A stretch of DNA of 64,000 bases from a virus (Duplodnaviria; Caudoviricetes): positions 32,001-96,000 of IMG/VR virus record IMGVR_UViG_3300037400_002732, one strand, 5' to 3'. Positions 20,631 through 30,494 of this stretch are shown piece after piece; position 1 is the first letter of the stretch; every line of letters starts with the position of its first letter. The notes under the pieces are model-generated. The model saw only the letters and a program-made list of their open reading frames with translations, did no database searches and was not told where the DNA came from. The translations under genes were made by a program, and so were the position numbers.

Positions 20631-20654
20631 GCAAACAGCGGAATTTGAGGCATT

Positions 20655-21554
20655 ATGACACATATCGCTGGCGTAATTAACTACAAACTCAACGAGTTGA
20701 AGGACAAGAGACCCGAAGAAAGGGCCCTTATTGAAGCTATCCAGTCTGAAATCAACAAGAAAGTACAGATCATTTCGCCGGAAACAAGGAAATCGCTCTT
20801 GCAGTTCCCAATCCAGTTCACGCAGCGCATACGAACGTCCGCCCGCGATTGGACGACGCAGCTGCATAAGTGGGCAGATTACCAGTTGCCGGAACTGCTC
20901 ATGATCGACCCAATCTACCTTACTACCGAAAATTCCGACAACGACTGCGTACTCAAGTGCTTGGTCAAGGCCGCCCTCGGCATCACCATGACAAACATGG
21001 TCAACTACGAGCTTATCGAAGAGCTGTTCCAGAAGGACATGAACTACGCCGCAATGACCGTCCCCGGCGATCCGGAATCTACCGAAGCCGGAAACGCATG
21101 GTACGAAACCGACATCGAGAACAAGAGCGTAATTGAATACCTATATGACTTCGCCGTTGGTGAAGGCGACTTTAGAGGAAAGCCGAAAGACCACAAGATT
21201 CTAGCCATGTTCGACAAGTACGCCGATATAGCCCTACGAATTCCGGACGAAGACGAGCTGAGGGCCGACTACGATGAAGACGCCGATCCGAAGGAAGACC
21301 AGAAAGCCGTCGTTCAAGCCGAACAAGAGCGCGAGCATTCCATGGCCACCAATCCGAGCGATGTTCCGCTGGCCACTGACGACAAAGAAGGCGACCAGAC
21401 AGCAACTATGGACGAGGTCAACGGAGAAGGCGAAGCCACCGTGGACGAAAATGGACAAATAGCCCCGCCGGGTCACGGCGAGGCTAATGAAGGCGAAGAC
21501 AAGCTGTCCAAGGTTCTAGGAGTTCTGCTGAAGCTCAGTGACAGTCTCGGCTAA
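20655..21554 (+). CDS. hypothetical late protein with acidic C-terminus
   Basis: 299-aa ORF with ATAAACT 24 nt upstream. Confidence 0.8.
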   Translation: MTHIAGVINYKLNELKDKRPEERALIEAIQSEINKKVQIISPETRKSLLQFPIQFTQRIRTSARDWTTQLHKWADYQLPELLMIDPIYLTTENSDNDCVLKCLVKAALGITMTNMVNYELIEELFQKDMNYAAMTVPGDPESTEAGNAWYETDIENKSVIEYLYDFAVGEGDFRGKPKDHKILAMFDKYADIALRIPDEDELRADYDEDADPKEDQKAVVQAEQEREHSMATNPSDVPLATDDKEGDQTATMDEVNGEGEATVDENGQIAPPGHGEANEGEDKLSKVLGVLLKLSDSLG

Positions 21555-21731
21555 CGAATCCGCCATCTTCTTGACTTCATCGCCAAGGCGGATTTCCGGT
21601 TCAACGATAGAATCAATGCCGTCTCGAAGCATCCCAACATTGATACCGCCGTCGATAAACGACACGGCGGTTTTTTCGTCGCATCCGAACGACTTCATGA
21701 CAAGTTCGATATCACTTCTTTCGGCGGCCAT
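21516..21731 (-). CDS. small hypothetical protein
   Basis: Likely start MAAERSDIELVMKSFGCDEKTA, overlapping the end of the gp62-like gene. Confidence 0.6.
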   Translation of the reverse strand: MAAERSDIELVMKSFGCDEKTAVSFIDGGINVGMLRDGIDSIVEPEIRLGDEVKKMADSLAETVTELQQNS

Positions 21732-22143
21732 TCTTCGATCCTTCCGGCAGCTTGCCGTTGACTCGGTATTCATATAGGTCACTTACAAGCTTCTCGTCGA
21801 TTTCCTTGTTGCGGATCATGGAATCGGCTGACGAAGCCGACGTGTCATACACGGTCATGACTTGATCACGAAGCTTGTTCACTGCATTGATTTCGGTAGG
21901 AAATGCGCGAAGGTAGCCAGTGTTCAGCTTCTTGCCGTTGAACGCCTCCATGACCTTTGCGCGAACTTTCGTCGTAAGCCTTGAGAACTCGACCGTATTC
22001 AATACAAGCAACTGCTTGTAGATGGACGGCGTCATTGACAAGGAGTACAGCGCAGCATAGGTATCATGCTCCGCTATGTCCGACATGTCCATCGGCTTGC
22101 CGTCGATACGGTCTTGGATGAATTTCGCATGATCAAACGCCAT
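21712..22143 (-). CDS. clamp loader small subunit (gp62-like)
   Basis: Directly downstream of gp44 homolog; size and helical VMTVYDTSASSA motif. Confidence 0.55.
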   Translation of the reverse strand: MAFDHAKFIQDRIDGKPMDMSDIAEHDTYAALYSLSMTPSIYKQLLVLNTVEFSRLTTKVRAKVMEAFNGKKLNTGYLRAFPTEINAVNKLRDQVMTVYDTSASSADSMIRNKEIDEKLVSDLYEYRVNGKLPEGSKNGRRKK

Positions 22144-23176
22144 AAGTCCACCCCGGTGCGTACTTCTTGAGAATCTGCATCACGTTAAGCAAGAAACCCC
22201 ACAAGGCAATTTCTTGGTCAACTTGGTGGTTGGACTGGTACATGGCATTGGCCAGCGTAACACCGAACGGAATGAGCGTTTCCTCCGGCAGACGGTCAAC
22301 CGCATAGTCGCCGAACTGACGATACACGCCTTGGCAGAACGGAATGTTCTTGGAAATGTAGTAACGGAGTTCGCGAGCCTTGCACTGCACAGTCATTTCG
22401 AAGATGGTCTCGATTGTCGTGCTAGGCATTGACGGAATGCAACCGACGATGCTTCCGCCGTTTTCGAGGAACGAACGGTGCATGGACGAGATCATTCTAC
22501 GAATATCTGGGTAGAACTCGTTGACGATGTTAGCAATGAGCTTCTTGTCGAACGTGCCGCCCTTGGCCTCGCATTCACCCTTGGCAATACGGCAAAGACG
22601 GTGGTACACGCGGGTCTTGTATTCCTTAAGTTCAGCCTCGGCCTCTTCTTCGTCATTGATCTTCGCGGAGAAGTCGATGGCATGGCAGCGAGACTGGATT
22701 GCTTGCGGAATACGCCAGAGTTCGTTGCATGTCAAGATAAACCGAAGCGTACTGGAAGTGTCCTCGATTTCGGACTGGAGAACACGATAAAAATCAGCTG
22801 GCTTGTTCGGCTTGTCGGCCTCGTCGATAATGACAAACTTGGGCTGTCCGTCCGGAGAGCTGTACTTTGAATATTCATCGATCATGTCGATGATTTCGGA
22901 GTCGCGCTTTCCGAATAGAAATAGTGACTGGGCCCCAACTATCTGAGGGATGGCCTTCGCAAGCGAAGTCTTTCCAGTACCCGGCGATCCGGAATGTAGG
23001 ATATAGTTGTCGAACGAGTTCATTTCGATAGCGTTCTTGAACAGCTGCTCCACGTTCTTGTGAAGGATAATGCTTTCCAAGTCCGTGCCACGGTACTTTT
23101 CTTCCCAAGGAAGGTTACTGTTGACTAGTGACTGTGCGTCGTTCTTTGCATTCTGTATGTCGTTAATGTTGAACAT
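22133..23176 (-). CDS. gp44: clamp loader AAA+ ATPase (gp44/RFC small subunit)
   Basis: WEEKYR, GSPGTGKTS, IIDEAD, FILTCN, SRC, YPDIRR. Confidence 0.95.
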   Translation of the reverse strand: MFNINDIQNAKNDAQSLVNSNLPWEEKYRGTDLESIILHKNVEQLFKNAIEMNSFDNYILHSGSPGTGKTSLAKAIPQIVGAQSLFLFGKRDSEIIDMIDEYSKYSSPDGQPKFVIIDEADKPNKPADFYRVLQSEIEDTSSTLRFILTCNELWRIPQAIQSRCHAIDFSAKINDEEEAEAELKEYKTRVYHRLCRIAKGECEAKGGTFDKKLIANIVNEFYPDIRRMISSMHRSFLENGGSIVGCIPSMPSTTIETIFEMTVQCKARELRYYISKNIPFCQGVYRQFGDYAVDRLPEETLIPFGVTLANAMYQSNHQVDQEIALWGFLLNVMQILKKYAPGWTYGV

Positions 23177-23192
23177 AGATAAACTCTCGTGT

Positions 23193-23510
23193 ATGAATGA
23201 TCGTTTTGTTACTTACCTTTCTTCGAGGGGCACGTTGGCATCACAAGCCGCACTGGCACTTTACGAACAAGTGTGCAGTGACGTGAACGCTCCGCCAGTG
23301 TCGCCGGGGACACCTTGTTGTACTCAGGAACTCGACGAAAACGAGTATTTCGACGAGCCGACACTAGACGACGAAACGCTTGAACGCGTTCACGCTGCAA
23401 AGACTGGTCGCCGCACAGTGCTTGCACCATCAGCTGGACGCACATCGCTCGGCATAATGGGTAACTCGATGCCGGAAAATGTGTGCGCTGACACGTCGGC
23501 TTCAACTTAA
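23193..23510 (+). CDS. hypothetical protein
   Basis: Likely start MNDRFVTYL at 23193; fills the gap between gp44 and gp43; ATAAACT at 23179-23185. Confidence 0.55.
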   Translation: MNDRFVTYLSSRGTLASQAALALYEQVCSDVNAPPVSPGTPCCTQELDENEYFDEPTLDDETLERVHAAKTGRRTVLAPSAGRTSLGIMGNSMPENVCADTSAST

Positions 23511-23534
23511 GTTTTCTTACCTTCATAATTTCTC

Positions 23535-26501
23535 CTAGAACATGGCGAGCATGAAATCGCTCTCGTCGTATTCGAGCTGTTCGCCCCAGCCGACTGCCTT
23601 GAACAGACGGCCAAGAACTTGCGCCACGCAGACCTTCCAGTGCTCTTCCCAGTCTGGATGGAATATTTCCAACAAACGACGAGGGCACTCCTCACCGGTG
23701 TAGCAGATGACGCTCACCTTGAACAAATCGTCGGCCTTCTTAATGAATCTGATCTTGGAGCCAGCCGACACTGGTTCGAACGGATATTTCGACAATTCCG
23801 GATCGTGCTGGATCAAGTAGTTCCATACCGTACCAGCCTTGACACGCCAGTCGATCTTCTTGCGTTCTTCGGACGGCATGTGTTCAAGCACTTCAAGTGG
23901 AGGCGGCTCGTTCTTGACACCGCAAGGACATGCGATGTAGTTGTAGTTGCCAGCGGTAACAGAATCGAAGAACTCCTTCTTTATCTGGAGCAATCGGTTA
24001 CGCACCGTGGCCTTGTCCATGGTGTCCATCATGAGGTTCACCATGTCCATCATACGATCCTTACCGAACAAAGCGGTAGAGCTTCGTACAAGTTCCAGAC
24101 CAGTAATTGCGTATTCCGGCTTGACATCAAGAGTTCCCTTGACCCACTTGCCGTCTTCCTTGTGGCCTTGGTCAAGGTAGACGATGTCTTCCATTGACTC
24201 GACCAAGCAGATGTACTTTTTCTTGGCAGTGACAATCGCCTTGAAAATGCACTTCTCTCGCTTGAGGAACAACTCGTTGACCAAGTAGTTCCACTTCTCC
24301 GCATAGCTCAACATGTAATCATCGAGTTTTTCTTCGAGGATATACGCATCGAGGATGCGGCAGAAGTCAGTCAGACGATAGCGGTTGTAGATTATCCTAT
24401 AGTCGCCGCACATGAAGATGCCGTCGGCAAAGGTAATCTGCGCCTTCGTCCAGCCAGTCTTGTCGTCTGGCGTATTCATTTCTGGCCCAGTCCAAGATTC
24501 ACCGCCGTACTTCTTGCACAGACGGTGGAACGCAATCTTGGACTGCTGGACGTGTTCAGTGTCGTACGAATAACGTTCCACGCACTCGTGCGTGTTGCCG
24601 CTCTTCTTGAACACGATGACTTCGGTGCCAGTTCCTTGCTTTTCGTGGAACGGGCCGAAGATGTCGCCGAACTTCACAAAGAAAGAGTCGGTATCACCGT
24701 GGCTCATTCTCTTGTAGTTGACTTCGCCTTCCGCGTCAGTGAACGTGCCGACCAGTTCCGGATCGATCGTTGGCGTGTAACCAAAGATTTCCTTGAACTT
24801 CGGGTCATGTTCGATTTCGTTGTTGATGTATTCGGACAACTGAGCAATCGTGTACTTGATAAGACGCTGGCCGTAAGCGGTAATTGATGCGGCGTTGTCT
24901 ACGTCGTACAGTGCAAAGAATTCAGAACCCATCAAACCATACAGAGAGTTACCAAGAACCTTGTACACTTTCTGCATCATGTCATAGACTGCAGTCAGTT
25001 CCTTGTCGCCAGCTTTCTTGGCTTTCTTCATCAACTTCTTCAAGTCAGAACGACCGTCGAACAGAAGCCTTGTGACTTCCGGAACGACGCCGACCTTGTC
25101 CTTTCTGAAGTAGACTTGGTAACGGCCATTATGATCCCAAGGCGACTTGATAAGATTCTTCTTTTCTTCTTCTGTCAATACATAGTCTATCGGGAACGTA
25201 ACCTTCATTTCCGGCGACGTATTAAACGTCATCATGATAGAAGGATATAGTGATCGATAGTCATACGAAACCAAGTATTCCTTATAACCAGGAACAGAGT
25301 ACACAAACGCGCCAGGGAACACTTCCTTGTGCTGCTGGCGATACGGCGGGAAAATACGATTAGTATGGTGAAGATGGTCAAGCATGAAGCCAGTGAGCAT
25401 CTTCTTTGACTCAAATACGGACGAGAACGGAACGCGAGCGGCGGCTGCGGACGTAACAGCAAGGCGGAACATCTTCGCCTTGTCTTCAATCTTTACAAGA
25501 AGCTTAACGTCTTGGAAGTTATACAACACATAGTCTTCCCAGTGATTCTGCCATGACAGATAGCCATCAGGAAGAGGAGCCTTATGCTCGCCAACAATCT
25601 TTTCACCAATATAATCAAGTTTGTACGAAGACTCTTCAGAGAACGTGTACTTCTTATACAGCTTTAGAAAGTCGATGACTTCCGTGCCGTTAATAACAAG
25701 TTCGTTCTTGTCGTTGACGTAGGCGTGTTTATTCTTACCACGCATACGAGATAGTAAGTCTAGCGAAATACGGTCTCTCGGCAGAAGCTTTTCATTTATC
25801 TGCTTCAGTCGATTGCAAATGTACAAGGTATCGAAGTCGAAGTTCCAACCAGACAATATGTCAACGTCGTTGGAACCAATGCAATAAAGTACTTGAGTAA
25901 TCAGTTCGGCTTCGTCTTTACAGAGGATATACTGCGCGTTGTTTTTGCGTAGAAATTCCTTTCCTTTGTCAGAAATATCCTTGGCGACGCCGTAAACGTA
26001 ATAGTTATTAGTCTTCGAGAAGTAAATTGTAACTACGTTGATCGGATATTTCGCTTCCGTCGGTAGTGAGAAACGACCAGTAGTGGCGTTTTCAATATCG
26101 AGGAACGCAAGGTTAATATCCTTCATGTCCGGATGAATCACACCGGTTTCAGCATAGTGTTTCTGGAGAAAACGACCGCGTGGGTCAATATCAATTTCGG
26201 CAAGATGGTTGTTAGGGCCAGCATTATTCTTCTTGATAGCCTTTTCCAGCTCGTATGCAGATACATTGTTCTGCGGGCGAACTTCAACCTTGTAGACATC
26301 CCTATCCCAGATATCCTTCATGCCGCAAGGCTTTGCTCCATATTCGCCTTGCTTGTCTGTATAGAATTCGTGAACCGACGGAACGGCGTCCATCGTGCCG
26401 TCCGCATACCACACGTACATTCGGTCGCTTTCCGTGTCATGGAAAATCGACCGCCACATGGGTCTTTTCGGTTTCGCTTCTTCTGGTGTTACTTGAGCCA
26501 T
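23535..26501 (-). CDS. gp43: family B DNA polymerase (gp43)
   Basis: Exonuclease DIE, GWNFDFD, YNFQD; polymerase DYRSLYPS, KVLGNSLYG, GDTDS, KKKY. Confidence 0.97.
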   Translation of the reverse strand: MAQVTPEEAKPKRPMWRSIFHDTESDRMYVWYADGTMDAVPSVHEFYTDKQGEYGAKPCGMKDIWDRDVYKVEVRPQNNVSAYELEKAIKKNNAGPNNHLAEIDIDPRGRFLQKHYAETGVIHPDMKDINLAFLDIENATTGRFSLPTEAKYPINVVTIYFSKTNNYYVYGVAKDISDKGKEFLRKNNAQYILCKDEAELITQVLYCIGSNDVDILSGWNFDFDTLYICNRLKQINEKLLPRDRISLDLLSRMRGKNKHAYVNDKNELVINGTEVIDFLKLYKKYTFSEESSYKLDYIGEKIVGEHKAPLPDGYLSWQNHWEDYVLYNFQDVKLLVKIEDKAKMFRLAVTSAAAARVPFSSVFESKKMLTGFMLDHLHHTNRIFPPYRQQHKEVFPGAFVYSVPGYKEYLVSYDYRSLYPSIMMTFNTSPEMKVTFPIDYVLTEEEKKNLIKSPWDHNGRYQVYFRKDKVGVVPEVTRLLFDGRSDLKKLMKKAKKAGDKELTAVYDMMQKVYKVLGNSLYGLMGSEFFALYDVDNAASITAYGQRLIKYTIAQLSEYINNEIEHDPKFKEIFGYTPTIDPELVGTFTDAEGEVNYKRMSHGDTDSFFVKFGDIFGPFHEKQGTGTEVIVFKKSGNTHECVERYSYDTEHVQQSKIAFHRLCKKYGGESWTGPEMNTPDDKTGWTKAQITFADGIFMCGDYRIIYNRYRLTDFCRILDAYILEEKLDDYMLSYAEKWNYLVNELFLKREKCIFKAIVTAKKKYICLVESMEDIVYLDQGHKEDGKWVKGTLDVKPEYAITGLELVRSSTALFGKDRMMDMVNLMMDTMDKATVRNRLLQIKKEFFDSVTAGNYNYIACPCGVKNEPPPLEVLEHMPSEERKKIDWRVKAGTVWNYLIQHDPELSKYPFEPVSAGSKIRFIKKADDLFKVSVICYTGEECPRRLLEIFHPDWEEHWKVCVAQVLGRLFKAVGWGEQLEYDESDFMLAMF

Positions 26502-26523
26502 ACAAATACTTTTTAACGGTTAA

Positions 26524-26553
26524 TATGTAGTAATAAACAATTTGAATTGCAAA
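26524..26553 (-). promoter_or_regulatory. sigma70-type early/middle promoter
   Basis: TTGCAA-ttcaaattgtttattac(17 nt)-TACATA upstream of the polymerase gene. Confidence 0.7.
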
Positions 26554-26569
26554 TTAGGGGATATAAGCG

Positions 26570-26594
26570 AAAAACCAGCCTTTTCCGGCTGGTT
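26570..26594 (-). terminator. rho-independent terminator
   Basis: AACCAGCC-loop-GGCTGGTT followed by a T-run on the minus strand. Confidence 0.7.
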
Positions 26595-26618
26595 CAATAC
26601 GTTTATCACGGTGATGAA

Positions 26619-27143
26619 TTATTGCTGTGCTGCGGCTGGTGCGCCTTCGGTCTTCTGTTCGGGCTTCGGGTCAGTCGCTTTTTGTTCTGGTTTAGGATCG
26701 GCAGCTGTCTGTTCTTGCTTCTGTTCAACGGTGGGTTGGGAGTCCGCATTCGAGGCTTCGCCATTTGTTACCGATGAAACTGGTTGTCCACTGTGCCATC
26801 CACGGAATTTGTTGTTAATCTTGATTGACATGCGCAACGGCTGGCCTTCTTGAATATTGTTAAGTTCAACGTTGACTAAATGCCCACTCAACTTTGACAA
26901 TATAGAGCTTCCTTCGGAACCGCCGATAACATAGCCATCTTCCGCCTTATTGAGTGTGACTGAACATCCGTTAGCAAACTTGATCACCACAGTACCGTCG
27001 TCGGATTCCATAATGGGTTCATCCGCACTTTCCAAGACAGCGTTCGGCCTATAGACAATTCCGCCCATATCGTTCTCGATAGGCTGATTGGACACTCGGT
27101 CGAATTCCTTCATTATAGCATTGTCGTTATATACCGAAAACAT
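26619..27143 (-). CDS. putative internal head protein with shared leader
   Basis: ATAAACT 29 nt upstream; N-terminus shared with the neighbouring gene; C-terminal ADPKPEQK repeats. Confidence 0.75.
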   Translation of the reverse strand: MFSVYNDNAIMKEFDRVSNQPIENDMGGIVYRPNAVLESADEPIMESDDGTVVIKFANGCSVTLNKAEDGYVIGGSEGSSILSKLSGHLVNVELNNIQEGQPLRMSIKINNKFRGWHSGQPVSSVTNGEASNADSQPTVEQKQEQTAADPKPEQKATDPKPEQKTEGAPAAAQQ

Positions 27144-27203
27144 AAAATACTGTACCAGTTTGGTTTAATCCTAGTTTATAGGTTAAGCATTATGTAGAAA
27201 CAC

Positions 27204-27227
27204 AAAAACCCGCCATCACTGGCGGGT
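27204..27227 (-). terminator. rho-independent terminator
   Basis: ACCCGCCA-TCAC-TGGCGGGT with T-run on the minus strand. Confidence 0.75.
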
Positions 27228-27248
27228 ATGTAGTGCAAAGTATATAAG

Positions 27249-27872
27249 TTACTTCGAGGTCTTCGGCTTCAGATAAGAAGAAATCTGGTCAAATCGCTTC
27301 AAGACTTTTTCAGCATCGGCAGCAGTCTTCTTGTCGGTTACCAAGCTGTTGACGCCTTTCTTGAAAAGCTTGATGTTGTCGTCAAGGGCATCTTGCTTCT
27401 TGCAGCTCTCTTCGAACTTCTTTTCCTTGTCAGCATCCTTCTGGTTGCTGGAGGCAGCCGACTTGGCGGCAGAATCGAACGAGCTACCAGAACCAGCCTT
27501 GGGAGCCTTTTCGGACTTCACCTCGGTCGTGGTCTTGACTTCAGTCGTCTTACCATCGTCCTTCTTTTCCTTGGCATCGACATTTTCAACAACCTTACCG
27601 TCGTCCTTCTTCTCGCCAGTCTTTGCCGGAGCAGCCTTGGCGAGCTTAGGATCGGAAGCGGTCTTGGCCTTGCCGACCTTCTTCTTAGTTTCATCGACAC
27701 CTTCGCCAGAGCACCAGCTACCTGTATCGATCTTGTGTCCGTTGAAGTCGAGGATCGACTCTACAACAGGCTTGGGATTGTGGACAAGGCTATACGGTTC
27801 GTCGTCAATAGGTTCTGCAGAAATCCTATCAAATTCAGCCATAATAGCGTCATCTTCATATACATTAAACAT
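27249..27872 (-). CDS. putative internal head protein, Lys-rich, with shared leader
   Basis: True start is likely MFNVYEDD at 27872 (matches paralog leader; ATAAACT 31 nt upstream) rather than 27959. Confidence 0.75.
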   Translation of the reverse strand: MFNVYEDDAIMAEFDRISAEPIDDEPYSLVHNPKPVVESILDFNGHKIDTGSWCSGEGVDETKKKVGKAKTASDPKLAKAAPAKTGEKKDDGKVVENVDAKEKKDDGKTTEVKTTTEVKSEKAPKAGSGSSFDSAAKSAASSNQKDADKEKKFEESCKKQDALDDNIKLFKKGVNSLVTDKKTAADAEKVLKRFDQISSYLKPKTSK

Positions 27873-27903
27873 AAACACCTCATGAGTTGTGTTTTTGCCA
27901 AGT

Positions 27904-27956
27904 AGTTTATAAGTTGGACAAAAATTTTTATAAAAGTACCGACAATCCGATAAACT
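27904..27956. promoter_or_regulatory. divergent pair of ATAAACT putative late promoters
   Basis: AGTTTAT at 27904-27910 and ATAAACT at 27950-27956. Confidence 0.7.
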
Positions 27957-27981
27957 CACACATAGCTACAATGGATTTGTT

Positions 27982-28632
27982 ATGCCAGTTCAAAATATTC
28001 AGCCCAAAGACGAAACCGAAACAACTATCGTTACTCCTCCAGCATCCATCGTCGATGAGAAGGTTCCGCCCAACGTCAAACTTCTGGCGGACAGATACGG
28101 CAAGTCAACTAACGAAGTGCAAGTAGAACTTGACAAGAAGATGCGCGACATCAATACGGAACAGTTGAAGAATCCGCCCAGTCTGAACGACGACGAAACT
28201 ACGCCGCAAGCCCAAGTTCGCATCCAAGCCATCAATGAGCTTGACGACGAGTACAAGCGTGGTGAAGGCCCAGAGGAAAGCGACGAAGTTACCTACGATG
28301 AGCTGGCCCAAGATGTCGCAACGGACATAGGACAAGATCCGAACGCAATGGACTTCAACATGTTCGCTCCGTTCGAGCAAGACTCGGCCAATCAAATGTT
28401 CAACGACATCAACACGATCAATAGCGAGTCGCCAGTAAGCGAATCGCCGACCGAAGACACTCTTGACGGACTTGCCGACTTGGCTGAACCGGAAGACGGT
28501 GAAGCGCCCACAAGCGAGCCTAGTGCCGAAGATACGACTGAAGGTACGACTGAAGAAACTCCAGATGCTCCGGAGACACCGAAAGACGATCCGTTCGTCG
28601 ATACTGAAATCCCAGATATCCCAGCACCGTAA
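27982..28632 (+). CDS. acidic hypothetical late protein
   Basis: 216 aa, D/E/P/T-rich; ATAAACT 25 nt upstream. Confidence 0.8.
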   Translation: MPVQNIQPKDETETTIVTPPASIVDEKVPPNVKLLADRYGKSTNEVQVELDKKMRDINTEQLKNPPSLNDDETTPQAQVRIQAINELDDEYKRGEGPEESDEVTYDELAQDVATDIGQDPNAMDFNMFAPFEQDSANQMFNDINTINSESPVSESPTEDTLDGLADLAEPEDGEAPTSEPSAEDTTEGTTEETPDAPETPKDDPFVDTEIPDIPAP

Positions 28633-28637
28633 TCACT

Positions 28638-29072
28638 ATGTCAGAATACACGCAATACATCAACTTCATCGAGTCTGTATGCAAGACATACAACGTCGAG
28701 CAAGCCATTCCGTTGCTGTGCGACGGATTCACCAAGTTCTATGCTGCAGCGAATCCTCAGTGCGAAGGAATGTTCGGCGACGTAATGAAGAAAGCTGGAA
28801 AGGCAGCCGCCATTGGCGCACTGGCATTCGGCGCGGCCAACGCAGAAGCTGCACCAAAGCACAAGGCAGTAACTCAACCGCATAGCAAGCCAACCACCAT
28901 CGTCACATCCAGTACGCATCACAACCTCTGGAAGAACCAGCAGTACCAAGATAGAACGATGGAAATTTTCAACCAAATGGTTGCCGAGAGGAAAGCTCAA
29001 GGAAAACCAATCAACGAGCAAATCCTATACAGCAAGGCCCAGATGAAGGCGATGGCTGAATTGAACAAATAA
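28638..29072 (+). CDS. hypothetical protein with internal hydrophobic segment
   Basis: FIES and CEG motifs followed by MKKAGKAAAIGALAFGAANAEA. Confidence 0.75.
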   Translation: MSEYTQYINFIESVCKTYNVEQAIPLLCDGFTKFYAAANPQCEGMFGDVMKKAGKAAAIGALAFGAANAEAAPKHKAVTQPHSKPTTIVTSSTHHNLWKNQQYQDRTMEIFNQMVAERKAQGKPINEQILYSKAQMKAMAELNK

Positions 29073-29074
29073 AG

Positions 29075-29108
29075 AAAAGGCGACCGTTAGGCCGCCTTCC
29101 CTTTTTTT
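29075..29108. terminator. bidirectional terminator
   Basis: AAGGCG..CGCCTT hairpin flanked by A and T runs between convergent genes. Confidence 0.65.
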
Positions 29109-29124
29109 GGAGGAGAGAAAGAGT

Positions 29125-30417
29125 TTAATTCTCGTGATACGTACACTTACGGAGGAAGATGCCGTTACCGTACGTCATCATCGTACGTCCATTCGTGAAG
29201 TTGTGCTGGAGCAAGAGATCCGGACAACCAGAGTTACGGATCATCATCGTGAGCACGTCAAGCGGAATCTGGATTTCGAAGCCTTCCTTTTCGACGATGC
29301 AATCGCCCACGCTAAGGTTGACATGAATGCGTTCATCTTCAAGCCCTTCGATGCCAATCAGTCCTTGTTCGATAGCATATACGCGAACCTTGCCAGTGGG
29401 GTTGACATAATTCATATCGAAGTAAGTTCCGATAGCGGCAGCGACTGAATCAGCCGTAATCTTGAAGACACGTTCCATACCTTCGTTGTTATAGGTTTCG
29501 AGCTTGGAGTCGCCACAGTCGGCAACGAGTGTAGCAAACATGCCAGTGATGCGAATCTTCTTGAGCTTTGTACTGATGTCGATAACGACATTCAAAGACA
29601 AATCCATGTCAAGCGCATTCACGAGCGGAATCGCCTTGAAAGTGGTGGCTGGGACAGAAATGCTGAAGTCAGACTCGTTATCGAACTTCTTGCCGTTTTC
29701 GCTGTTGTCTGTAACCATGACGGTGTTCTGCATCGCCGTGGCGATAGTGCAGCTTTCATTACCAGTACGGTAAGACACGCGACCGTTCTTACGGTGAATT
29801 TCGACGGTGTCAAACTGGTAAATGCTGTCGATGATGGTGTTGAACGAGATCTGATCCATCGCAAGACGGATATTAAAGTCGTCGTCAGTCACCTTCGGAG
29901 TTTCAAACGGCTTCTGCGGTTCAAAACCGACTTCGAGTTCAAAGCCATTCATGTCTTCGTTGAAGAATCCGCCGAGATACAGCTTGCCTTCGCTGACCCA
30001 AAGGGCCGCACTGGTTTCACGAGTACTCATCAAGTGGCGAACGGCGTTGCAAAGGTCGTAAATGTTAATATACACGGTTTCCGGCAATTCCACGGAAAGC
30101 GGCAGAGCATCAATCTTTACACTAATGCCGCTTTCGGTTTCAATGTGAAGCCAAATCTTGTTGTCCTTCGGATCCACATCCGTATAGAGTCGGGCAACGG
30201 TGTTCTTGTCAAGCAGCGACTGTTCAATGAGGGACAGTCCTTGGCCGAAACGGCCTTGCAGCACAAACAGAGTAATCGGAAGGCTATCGTCGGCAGCAAT
30301 AGCTTCTTCGGTCTCCGGCGCATCTTCGCTCGGAGCCAGATTGTTGTAGTCGTTGAGCATTTCGTGCAATGAGTTGGCACGAATCTTCTGATCTTCGGTA
30401 AGTTGAATTTCAGCCAT
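29125..30417 (-). CDS. sliding-clamp-fold protein, DnaN (beta clamp)-like
   Basis: 430 aa, acidic, three repeats of a strand-helix signature (VYINIYDLCNAV, FSISVPATTFKAI, FEIQIPLDVLTMMI). Confidence 0.5.
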   Translation of the reverse strand: MAEIQLTEDQKIRANSLHEMLNDYNNLAPSEDAPETEEAIAADDSLPITLFVLQGRFGQGLSLIEQSLLDKNTVARLYTDVDPKDNKIWLHIETESGISVKIDALPLSVELPETVYINIYDLCNAVRHLMSTRETSAALWVSEGKLYLGGFFNEDMNGFELEVGFEPQKPFETPKVTDDDFNIRLAMDQISFNTIIDSIYQFDTVEIHRKNGRVSYRTGNESCTIATAMQNTVMVTDNSENGKKFDNESDFSISVPATTFKAIPLVNALDMDLSLNVVIDISTKLKKIRITGMFATLVADCGDSKLETYNNEGMERVFKITADSVAAAIGTYFDMNYVNPTGKVRVYAIEQGLIGIEGLEDERIHVNLSVGDCIVEKEGFEIQIPLDVLTMMIRNSGCPDLLLQHNFTNGRTMMTYGNGIFLRKCTYHEN

Positions 30418-30447
30418 AAGTAGTTCCTTTTGTTTTTAAATTATATT

Positions 30448-30475
30448 AAAAGGGGACACGATAGACGTGCCCCCT
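30448..30475 (-). terminator. probable terminator
   Basis: AGGGG.CACG-loop-CGTG.CCCCT with T-run on the minus strand. Confidence 0.55.
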
Positions 30476-30494
30476 ATAAATTCATTTCCGACAG

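Noticed and set aside
24300-24700. Intein or intron in the DNA polymerase
   Set aside because: The insert after GDTDS is short and in frame, with no intein terminal residues or endonuclease motifs noticed
27873-27959. N-terminal extension of ORF 27249..27959
   Set aside because: It overlaps the promoter motifs, and the paralog alignment places the start at 27872
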